From positions 60,255,151 through 60,319,150 of the forward strand of contig NC_068983.1 of the NCBI RefSeq assembly GCF_001194135.2: DNA of 64,000 nucleotides, given 5' to 3'. The number at the start of each line of letters is the position of its first letter. Positions within the stretch are counted from its first letter, which is position 1. Below are positions 22,957-35,187 of this stretch, piece after piece. The DNA is from Octopus bimaculoides. Taxonomy: Eukaryota. The position numbers were made by a program, and so were the translations under genes. A model generated the notes under the pieces. It did not search any database and was not told where the DNA came from. It saw nothing but the letters and a program-made list of their open reading frames with translations.

Positions 22957-25900
22957 CATCCTGCGATGGTGTGTACATAGAGAAACTGAAACAGTTACTT
23001 TGACTCATTGAACTGTTCCTAAACACAGTTTTCACAACTTCAGAAAATATATCCACATACTGTGTTCTCTTCACTTAAGAACAACAGACCTGTATGTTGC
23101 TTTTAAGGAAAATTATTGGGTGCAGGTCTGGCTGAGTGGTTAAGAAGCTTGCTTTGGGTTCATTTTATAAGTGAATATCCTCATCGCCACTTTTATATCC
23201 TTCTATACATTGGATATACAGATTTTACAGAACAGGGATAGACACAGCTGTCCTCACACGACGTATTTCAAATTACTCCACTAAACATGATACTCTAATA
23301 AATACAAACTCCCAACGATCCCAATGACTTCCTACAGACTCCCAACAACTCCTATCACTGTTTTCCCATCTCACCCAATACACTATTCTCTGTAAGAGTT
23401 TGGCTAGTCCATTCTTCCAGTCCCACAAGGGTGTCAATGACACCCACCACAGCCATTCAGTACCACTGCATGGCACCTTGGAAACAGGAACTGAAAGTAG
23501 TCCTGTGTGTGTGTGTGTGTGTGTGCGATTGCATTGCATTGCATTGCATTGCATTGCATTGCATTGCATGATAGTTATAAGTAAGTGTTGCTGTCATACA
23601 ATTAGTGTCTTTCATTCCCAATATTCTGTGGAAAACAAGACAGTGAGTTGGCAGAACCGTTAGCATGCCAGGCAAAATGCTTAGTGGCATTTTGTCCATC
23701 TTTACATTCTGAGTCCAAATTCGGTTGAGGTCCACTTTGCCTTTCATCCTTTTAGGGTCAATAAAATAAAGTACCAGTTGAGTACTGGGGTCAGTGTAAT
23801 CAATTTACCCCTCCCCTCTTTGTGCCAAAATTTAAAGCCAGTACTCTGTGAAAAAGCTATCTGACATTTGGAAATATTCCTTGCTTGGCAAAAGGCTAGG
23901 GTTGGTGACAGAAACAGCATCCGACAGGATTTCTAGTGAGGTAGATTTTCATCTACCTCACTAAAACTCCATCTGAGTCAAGCATAGAAAAGAGGACATT
24001 AAAATGATGATAATTACATTCCATATCAATAGAAACACTTCCTCTATGTTTTGCTACCATCAACTGACTTGTAAGAATTCAAACTAAACTTTACTCATTG
24101 GCAATTAAACTGGCCATATCTGGCTCAGATATTCTACCTGTTCTATGTTCAAACCCTACAGATCTCACCTCTCCCTTCTTACACCAATCCTACAATATTA
24201 TTCTGACAAAATAAATAACCATGTCATTGAAAATTTGAAGCTACATGATAATGCATGAGTAACTAATGCTGGTGCCATGTAAAAAGCAGCCAGTCCACTC
24301 TGTAAAGTGGTTGGCATTAGGAAGAGCATCCAGCTGTAGAAACCAAGCCAAAACAGACTGTGGAACCTGGTGTGGCCCCTGGCCTTGCCATCACCTGACA
24401 AGCTGTTCAACCCATGTCAGCATGGAAGACTGACATTAACCTATTACCTGCCATGAACCCCATTTGGAGATCTGCTAAAAACAGTCTTATTGCTGGTTGT
24501 TTGTTGTATTTAAAGTGAATTGCTTATGTACAGTACATTTGCAGAGGTGTGTTTAACAATATTTAAATAGTTGTATGCTGTCAACTTAATGTGACAGTCC
24601 CCTGAAGGGAATTATACTACTGTTGGTTAGACCTAGGAAGCTGCACCGCTTTCTGTCGGCTTTGACACATTTCCTGTGTCCTTATGTTTACAAGGGGGTG
24701 ACAAGCACCTGCATCCAGAGACATGTTTCTGAGTCGTTGCTTGTCATCAGTCTGGAGTAGCATGACTTGCTAGTCGAAGATGCCTGTCAAGCTCTTGTAA
24801 CAACTATTTCATCGTATCACTACTGCATAAATCTCACTGAGAGATTTAGAAATGTATTATTTCTAAAAATAACAATATTTAATTGTTAAAGTTTCGTCAT
24901 TATTATCTCTGGCTAACTCTACAGGATGTTTTATGTCATAAATCGCAATTTTTGAACTACAAAAATATTGACTGTTTTGAAAACCTTTTGTTTTTGTTTT
25001 GTTCCACTTCCCATCTGTATTATTCATTGATAGTTCATATCACATTCGCATTTGATACTAGAGTTTCAAAAAAGACTAAGATGTTTATTATTGCAATTAA
25101 ATAGAAAAGGATAACTATACTTTTTTTTCAGTAATCCCCATTTGGGACTTAAATACTATATGTTATTTTAGCTCCTGAGACCTCTGGCAAAGCCAAAAAA
25201 TATGAATAAAAAGATTTGGCAGTTAATGGTTAAATGATGATGATGATGAACTCAAGAAATAAGCATCACATTTGACAGAGTAATCTGAATGCTAAAGCAT
25301 TAAACCACTTGTCGAGGTGATCTATGGCTTCTGATTTCAATGGCATTGCAGCTGTTGCCATTCTGTTCTCTTTGAGGCTTTGCACTACTTTAACCAAATG
25401 CAAATGACATGGCTGCGTGATTAAGAAGTTTGCATTGCAATGGCATAGTTTTACGTTCATCTCCCTGCATGGCACAGAGGACAAAAGTCTTTTATTTTAT
25501 AGCTCCAGGCTAACCAAAGCTTTGTGAGTGGATTTGGTTGGTAGAAACTGAAAGAAGTCCATCGTGTGTGTGTGTGTGTGTACATATATGTATCTTTTAT
25601 CATTTACTTGTTTCAGTCATTAAACTGTGGCCATACTGGGGCATCACCTTGAAGAAATTGTTTAGTCAAATGAATTGACACCAGTACTTATTGTTTTTAA
25701 GCTTGGTGCTTATTCTATCAGTCTGTTTTGCTGAACTGCTAAGTTAGGGGAGGGCATAAACACATCAACACCAGTTGTCAAGCAGTGGTGGAGGACAAAC
25801 ACAGACTCAGATACACATACATACACATAGATACATACATACAATGGGCTTCTTTCAGTTTCTTTCTACCAAATTTATTCAAGGCTTTGGTCGTCCTGAG

Positions 25901-26786
25901 GTTATAGTGGAAGACACTTGCCCAGTGTGTTACACAGTGGAACTGAACCAAGAACCATGTGGTTGAGAAGCCAAAGCATTGCATATTATAAGAAATAATA
26001 CAAGTTGATAGTTAGTACTTTTGCCTTGTATTTCAGTATTTCAGAATTAGGACCTCTTCAGGAAATCTTCAGAGAAATGATGTGAATTGGCTTCTTCTCT
26101 GTTCTGTAATATGTGTAAATGAAGGATAGCGTAACTATAATAGCTAATCAGTTCTGTTGCGAATATGTGGGTTGGTCTTCCTAATTATGATGGCTTCTTT
26201 TATAGTCAGGTTCCCAATGTTTTGTTTTATGGCTTCTATAGAAACCTGGCTGTTTGGGTATGACATTTCCTTCCATAGATGTTTTTTGTATAGAGATGTT
26301 CTTTAACCCATTTGTATACTTGTCTACTACGTACAACATAAAATTCATTGCATTTCATGTAGTACAGCAAACATGTATTTTCATCGATGATCAGGTAGTT
26401 GGGAATGTACATATGGCATTGTTTTGTGTTGACCTGTTTTTCATTAGGATCCTCCACAGGGAGGGTCCAAAGTGTGCTAGTCATATATTCAGCTCCCTCT
26501 TTGGATTGCTCAGCAGTTGTGGGGGGGGGGGGGTTATCATTAAAATGTGGCAGTTTCAAAAATCATCTTATCCTTGAGTGTGTGGTTTTTGTTAGGTGGT
26601 CTGGTGATGTCCTGGTGTTTAGTGAAAGACTATGGATAACTGTTCTCCATCAGAAGTGTATGTTGTGGGTCTTTCTGTTTTCTACCTCACTGCATTTGCT
26701 GCATATCTTGCGAATTTCATTTCTAATGTAGGCCACCTAAGCTCTGATGGTTGGGGATGAATTATAATGCGCAGAGAGGCCCAAAT

Positions 26787-26823
<37 letters not shown>

Positions 26824-29800
26824 CATATATATATACACATGCATATATATAAGCACCCAATACACTCTTTGAGTGGTTGGCATTAGGAAGGGCATCCAGC
26901 CTGGTACAGACCCCCCACTTACCATTTCAGTCAAGCCATCCAACCCATGCCAGCATGGAAAGTGGACATTAAACGAGGTACAGATGTGGCTGTATGGTAA
27001 GAAGCTTGCTTTCCAACCACATGGTTCTGGGTTCCGTCCCATTGCATGGCACCTTGGGCAAGTGTTTTCTACTATAGCCTCAGGCCGACCAAAGCCTATA
27101 GTATGTGTGTGTGTGTCTGTGTTTGTCCCTCACCACCGCTTGACAACTGGTGTTGGTGTATTTCTGTCCCCATAATTTAGTGGTTAGGCAAAAGAAACTA
27201 ATTGAATAAGTACCACATTTTACAAAGTAAAATAAGTTCTGGAGTCAATTCATTTGGCAAAAACATTCTTCTAGGTAGTGCCCCAGCATGGCCACAGTCA
27301 AATGACTGAAACAAGTAAAAAATAAAAGGTGTATAAATTACTGGAGTTTACCTTAGCCTTTGCCATATTAGTCATCAACTATGTCTCCACCATTTTAAGT
27401 TATTATCCAAACAACAATTTCTCTTCTTCAACACACCTTTGTGCTTTAACGATCAGTTCAAACAAATTGATGCCACTTGAAACTGTTAAACCATCTTCTA
27501 CACTTTTCTTAGTTCTCCTTTTTTCTATCTTGTAATATTAACAAATCTTTTGCTTTTATTTATTTATCTATTTATTTTTTGAAAGGTTTCCTGTGAAGAA
27601 GGCCATTGTGTGTGGTATGGAGTATGCGGTTCCATTCATAATTTCCAGCCAACCAACTGTGTCTATAATGGACCAGCGAAGCCACTCACTGACCCAAGTG
27701 CCTTGAAAATCTTGAAGGATTACTGCCCAACACTTTATAAGGGTAAATGTTTCACATTAATTATTTCTTGTGTCGTTAAGAAAGAAATCTATGATGAGTT
27801 TTTCTTTTAGAAGTTGATTAATTGCTAAAGTTTCCAAGAGATTTGCCCCATGTATATGTCTTTTATCTCACTTTTAGCTTTTACTCGTCTCAGTCATTTA
27901 GATTGTGCCCATGCTGGGGCACCATCTGGAAGAATTTTAATCAAACACATTGACCCCAGTGCTAACTTTTATGAAGCCTGGTATTTATTTTATTCCCCAC
28001 CCCTTTGCCGAATCACTAGGTTACTGGGATATATACCAGCCAACACCTGTTGTCAAGTGATAGTGGGAGACAAATACAAAGACATGCACACATGCTGGGC
28101 TTCTTTCAGTTTCCTTCTACCAGATCCACTCACAAGGCTTTAGTCTGCCCAAGGCTATAGTAGAAGACATGTGCACAAGGTGTCACTCAGTAGCACTGAA
28201 CCTGAAACCATATGGCTGGGAAGCAAACTTCTTACCACACAGCCGCACCTGTGTGGATGTTTTTGTCTCTTTGTCTTGACATCATGTGATAGTCTTAAAT
28301 GAGAGTCTCTGTCATACAAGGGGTGTCATTCTTTTCCAGTCTTCTGTGAGAAGTGTGTCTCATTGTCCTCTGGTCAAGGTTGCTCAGACATTTTCAACCT
28401 AAGCACGCTATCCATCTCAGTCATGCAATAGTTGAGGGAGGTCTTCAAGCAGGCATCTAGTGTTTCTAGTGAGTTGATCTGCTTACATTGTGTTCAGACA
28501 ACCTTCTTGAATATGGCCATGCTTTGGCACATAGCAGTAAGTCACTTGCCAGCTCTTGTTTAGCTCACTAGCAATGTCCCACAAAATACAAGTGCCTCTC
28601 CCTTATAACGGTGGAAGCAGGCAGATCTCTGTACAGTTGTTTCTTAGTGGGATGTATTCTCCAAGATCTGTTTTAAGACTACTTTTGATATTCGTGTGTA
28701 AGTTCCATCTAACTTGGATTCCAGGTTTTTAGTTAGCATCCAGGTTGTTACTCCATATAAAAGAATTGACTCTACTGTTGCACAGAAAAATTTCCTCTTA
28801 AGGCTGTCCGATAGCATTAATTTTCAGACAAGTTGATGATTTCACATACCTTCGTTCTGAGATAGCCTCAACTGAAGAGCATGTCTAGTTGTGAGGAAAT
28901 ATAACCTCATTTGGAAATAGGTGGGGGTTGGTGACAGGAAGAGATGTCGAGAGATTTGCTAAACATAAGCATACACGCATACACACAGGTACATAGACAT
29001 AAATATAGACATACACACTGCACATAGAAACATAGGCACACAGATGTAGAGAACATATATGCATATACACAAACATATACATATATAGGTGCAGGCGTGG
29101 CCGTGTGGTAAGAAGGCGGCGAGCTGGCAGAAACATTAGCACGCCGGGCGAAATGCTTAGCAGTATTTTGTCTGCTGTTACGTTCTGAGTTCAAATTACG
29201 CCGAGGTCGACTTTGCCTTTCATCCTTTCTGGGTCGATAAATTTAGTACCAGTTATGCACTGGGATCGATGTAATCGACTTAATCCCTTTGTCTGTCCCT
29301 GTTTGTCCCCTCTATGTTTAGCTCCTTGTGGGCAATAAAGAAATAAGAAGCTAGCTTCCAAACCATATGGTTCTGGGTTCAGTCCCACTGCATGGCACTT
29401 TATGCAAGTGTCTTCTTCTATAGCCTTGGGCCAACCAAAGCCTTGTGAGTGGATTTGATAGATGGAAACTGAAAGAAGTCCTGTCATATATATATATGTA
29501 TGTGTGTCTGTGTTTGTCCCTGCTCCATCACTTGACAACCGATACAGGTGTGTTTATGTCCTTGTAACTTTGCAATTCAGCAAAAGAGACCAATAGAATT
29601 AGTATTAAACTTACAAAGAATAAGTCCTGGGGTCAACTTCTTCAACTGTAGTTTTAAGGCCTAATTGACTGAAGTTAGAAATAAGTTGTTTCCTAAATTT
29701 GTCAAGGGTGTGGCCACCATACCCATGGGAGATACCCAGACCGTAGTCTCGATATAGACCAATGTCATGAGATGGGTACTTAGATCTCAATGTGTTTCAT

Positions 29801-30472
29801 ACAAATAAACCCACAAGGTCACAGACGTCAGCACTATTGTATGACCCCCATAGAGACATCAAATAGTTCATCATTATGCGACACTTTTACCCATGCTCAT
29901 CTTTTATGAAACGGTAGTGTTTTCCTCACATTCCTGATAAAATCTAGGTCTATTGGGTCAATATTAACATGATTTAGCAAACTCAGTGGCTTTGTCAAGT
30001 AGTGTGTGTATCATCATCATCGTTTAACGTCCGTTTTCCATGCTGGCATGGGTTGGACTGTTTGACTGGGCTCTGGAAAACCAGGGGCTGCATATATATA
30101 TATANNNNNNNNNNNNNNNNNNNNNNNNNNNNNNNNNNNNNNNNNNNNNNNNNNNNNNNNNNNNNNNNNNNNNNNNNNNNNNNNNNNNNNNNNNNNNNNN
30201 NNNNNNNNNNNNNNNNNNNNNNNNNNNNNNNNNNNNNNNNNNNNNNNNNNNNNNNNNNNNNNNNNNNNNNNNNNNNNNNNNNNNNNNNNNNNNNNNNNNN
30301 NNNNNNNNNNNNNNNNNNNNNNNNNNNNNNNNNNNNNNNNNNNNNNNNNNNNNNNNNNNNNNNNNNNNNNNNNNNNNNNNNNNNNNNNNNNNNNNNNNNN
30401 NNNNNNNNNNNNNNNNNNNNNNNNNNNNNNNNNNNNNNNNNNNNNNNNNNNNNNNNNNNNNNNNNNNNNNNN

Positions 30473-30517
<45 letters not shown>

Positions 30518-33500
30518 CGTTTATACTTTTTCGTTGGTTATGCTTTTCTGTGTTATTGTTAAATTTAAGTAAAAATATAATCTTATATATATATATAAAT
30601 GTTTTCCTAAATAAAATTACACTTCTTGTTTGGAGCTCCAATGAAGCTCTTGAGTGATACACAATCATTCAACTATGAGAGTGCATTGCATCTTATGGCA
30701 GAAACTAATGAACTTCGTTACATAATTTCGTAATCCTTTGTCATTCTATTTCTTATTACTGCTCTGTCCTTGACGGACACTTTGTTCTAAAGCCCACGTA
30801 TGTTCATTTCTAATCTCAGGTTATTAGTATCGCTGTGCCTAAGTGAAACAATATAAATTTTTAAGGTGGTTATTTGCAATTTACGACCAAAGGGCACAAA
30901 TACAATTGTCACTAAAGTACAATTATCATTAAAGTAACGGGGGATTCAAGTTAGCACTAGCATTAGAAAAAATAAAAGTCATGACAATTCTTAGCCACAG
31001 GCAAGCACTTATCGCATGACTGACAAGGGAGATATGCTCCCTACAGCAAGTGAGATACTTGGATCATCGATGAATTTGCATTTAATCAATCCTCATCAGT
31101 GACCTTTACTCAGATGCTGAGGACTAAACTTAACCTTCCTTGTCAGTTTATAGAAAATACTATAGGAAGCGGTGACTGATTCCGTAAAATGGTAAAGTGA
31201 AAAATGTAAATTATTAAGGTGTCTTTGTATCTGCATTTGTCCCAACTACCTCTGCTTGACAACCAGTGTTTGTTTGTTTCATCCCTGTAACTTAGTAATT
31301 CAGCAAAAAGAGACTGATAGAACAAGCACCAGACTTTAAAAAAAGTACATAGTGATGGGGTTGATTTGTTCAACTAAAACCCTTTTAGGTGACACCCCAG
31401 TATGGTTGCAGTCCATTGACTGCAGCCAATAAAAGGAGATAAAACATAAAAGATGTACAAGCCAATGTCTTTCCTTTTTATAAAGTTGGTGATGTAGGAT
31501 TCTTTCTTCAAGCGAATTGGTTGCTAATTCTGTTTACTTAGAGCTACAGGTGTACAAAATGTGATTATATTAGGTGCATGTAGGGACTGCTATGCATTAT
31601 TCCAAACAATAAGCTACTTCATGCTGGAGCACACAGTACCCTTGTCTATTAGTTAGAAGTATTTCTTGAACACTGCACCTGTGGATCATGGCTAGTTATT
31701 CGATCACTTATCTGTGTACTGTTATAGGTCTGATTGATCACAGTTGACCCAGGGTTAAACAACTTTGAACTGGAGGGAGTAAGACTAAATCACTTACCAT
31801 TTCTGATATTCCATGGCTCTTTTAAGACTCAATCTTTTACTTGTTTAAGTCCTTGGACTGCAGCCAGGCCAGGGCACCATCTTGAAGGTTTTAGTTGAAT
31901 AGATCTATCCCAATGCTCATTTGTGATGGTGCATTGGAAAACCTGTCGGATGTTGCTAAATAAACAACTGAGATGTTTTTTTTTTTTTTACATATTTGCT
32001 GTGGCAAATGACTCCAGTTTCAATTCCATGACTCCTATTCATTTTATGAGTCAGAAAAGGCTGAAGTTGTGAAAAGTTTTTAGTTCTCAAATGCAGCTCA
32101 ACTTCAAACACTGTTTTCTCAAAAAGACCAATTTTCTGGGTCACATTTGCTTATCCAAGAAAAAATGGCATATCTCTGTCAAATATTAAGATATTTGAAA
32201 AATTTTAAGTGTTCTGAAATCTTTGAGTTATGCTCTTTCAGAATAGAACAAAAATCACCATTTCAAATTTTTAACAATATTAATGGTTTTCCCCTGCACC
32301 ATCACATTTTTTGAATGTCTGGCACTTATTCTTCCAGTCTTTTTTTATGAACCACTGAGGTATGTGGACATAAGCACCAACACCAGTTGTGAAGTGGGGG
32401 TGGGATGAAAGAGACACAATGAGACACTCATAAATGCACATCTCTCTCTCTATCTATCTCACTCTATCCCCCCCTCTCCCTGGCGTTAGGAAGGGCATCC
32501 AGCTGTAGAAACATTGCCAGATCAGATTGGAGCCTGGAGCAGCTGCTAGCTCTCCAGACCTCAGTCAAACCATCCAACCCATGTCAGCATGGAAAACAGA
32601 TGTTAAACAATGATGATGATGATATACACACACACACCCATATATATGTATATGTATTATGTATCATCACCAACATTTAACATCCGTTTTCCATGCTGGC
32701 ATCACAAAACAGGATGAAAACAAACTCAATGCTGGTTGTATTCCTCTGTTTCAGGATATCATTATATCGGTTCTCTCCTGTCTCTGACCATCTCTCACGT
32801 CTACAATCTACACTCTCTCTCCATCCACTTATCCACACTTCCTGTTCCCCAGCCCCCTCTCACTTTCACTATTTTTATCTCATCCTGGCACCACCCTACT
32901 CGCTCCCATTCTCTCCTCTATAATGTAAGTAGCCATGTATCTCCCATACAACAAGAAACTTGTTCCATTCTGGCCCCTTATCTCGCATTCTAACCCCTCA
33001 TTCCCTTGCATAAAGCCTCTCTACTGTAACCCCACTCAGTTGAAGAGGATCTTAATCTTGTAGGCTGCATGGTAACCTCATAAACGCTGGTGCCACAAAA
33101 GAAACACCCAGTGCACAGTGTAAGTTGTTTGGCATTTGGAAGGGCCTCCAGCCATTGGCCCAGTTTCTACAGCTGGATATTCCTTGAACTGTCAGAGATT
33201 CTCAGATAGCTGGTCAAAGAATTATGGGTTCATCTCTATTACAAACAAAATACAATACTCTGCTACCCTTGGTGTCCCTACCCAGAGAACAAATAATCAC
33301 TGACAGTCTTCTAGCACAGTAGTTCTCAACTGGTGTCCAAATGACCTTTGAGGGTCCATATATGATTTTGTTGTAAAACTTTATCTGCAATAAACTCTTT
33401 TACTCTTTTACTTGTTTCAGTCATTTGACTGGCCATGCTGGGGCACCGCCTTTAGTCGAACAAATCAACCCCAGGACTTATTCTTTTGTAAGCCTAGTAC

Positions 33501-35112
33501 TTATTCTATCGGTCTCTTTTTGCCGAACCACTAAGTTACGGGGACGTAAACACACCTGCATCGGTTGTCAAGCGATGTTAGGGGGGACAAACACAGACAC
33601 ACAAACACATATATATAAATATACATATATACGACGGGCTTCTTTCAGTTTCCGTCTACCAAATCCACTCACAAGGCTTTGGTCGGCCCGAGGCTATAGT
33701 ACAAAACACTTGCCCAAGGTGCCACGCAGTGGGACTGAACCTGGAACCATGTGGTTGGTAAGCAAGCTTCTTACCACACAGCCACTGCTGCGCCTATTTA
33801 TACTTCTACAATACACAAAATATGGTCAATTTTTATCCTTTCACCCGCACAATTTTCACTAAGAAAATTTTTTTAAAACTCAGAATTTTTGTGTGGAATC
33901 AAGTACCCTGACCTCCTAATATGCTGCAAACTCCTTATTTTTGTTCAGAGTGGTTGGCATTAGGAAGGGCATCCAACTGTAGAAACCTTGCCAAATCAGA
34001 TCAAGACCTGCCCCCCCCCCAACAATTTACCAGTTTTCAGTCAAACCTTCCAACCCATGCCAGAATGGAAAGTAGCCGTTAAATGATGATGCTTATAGGG
34101 GCTCACCCGAGTAAACTAGGAATCAAAGGGGTCTGTATCTGAAAAATGGTTGTAATAATAGCATGAGAAAGCAAAATGCTTTCAATTCTGTCAGTATACA
34201 AGCTGCCCTCAAAAGAACCTTCTGTGGTTAAAGTCGCCTGCAATGTAATTCAAGTTGGCCAGGCCTGGTCTAGACTAATTGATCTGTAATGATCCACTTC
34301 ATGCTAAAAGAACCTCAATTAAGCATCTTTTCTACTCTAGGTACAAGGCCTGAAATTTTGGGGGAGGGGTCCAGTCAATTAGATCGACGCCAGTATGCAA
34401 CTGGTACTTAATTTATCAACCCTGCAAAGATGAAAAGTTAAGTCGACCTTGGCAGAATTTGAACTCAGAACGTAAAGACAGACGAAATACCGCTAAGCAT
34501 TTCACCTGGCGTGCTAATGATTCTGCCAGCTCGCCGCCTCAATTAAGCATCTGCTGGTTTTGGTAGTGACTTACAGATTGTGTAAGAATGTCATTTTGTG
34601 ATTGTGTAACTCAGCTAGCTTTTCTAAGGCCACTGTATGAGATTGCTAAAATTTGAGTTGACCCCTCCTAGAGTTCTGTAGTTTCTTTGTTTTCTTTAGC
34701 TTATCACTTATAAACTAGCTGACCCCATGATGTCTAATTGTAGTATTTTGTATATAAATAAGGTACATAATAATCACACATACAAACATTCGCATACTTC
34801 CCTTGTACATGTACATCATCATCATCATCATCATCGTTTAACGTCCGCTTCCGTACACACATATACTCACACAGAGTTGAAACACTGTTTGATTTTTTTC
34901 TTTTCAACATTGAATGTTCACCATCCCACTTCCATTGCACACGCACACACACATTCACATAACTCCCTTTTATATATACACACACATATATACTTCCCCA
35001 TGGCCAGACATGTCTTTCACAGGAGACTGGAAACGAACATCATCACTTGTGTGACAGTCATGTTCTTTTACAACCATCACATGATGACATGACAAGGGTA
35101 CACACACACACA

Positions 35113-35187
<75 letters not shown>

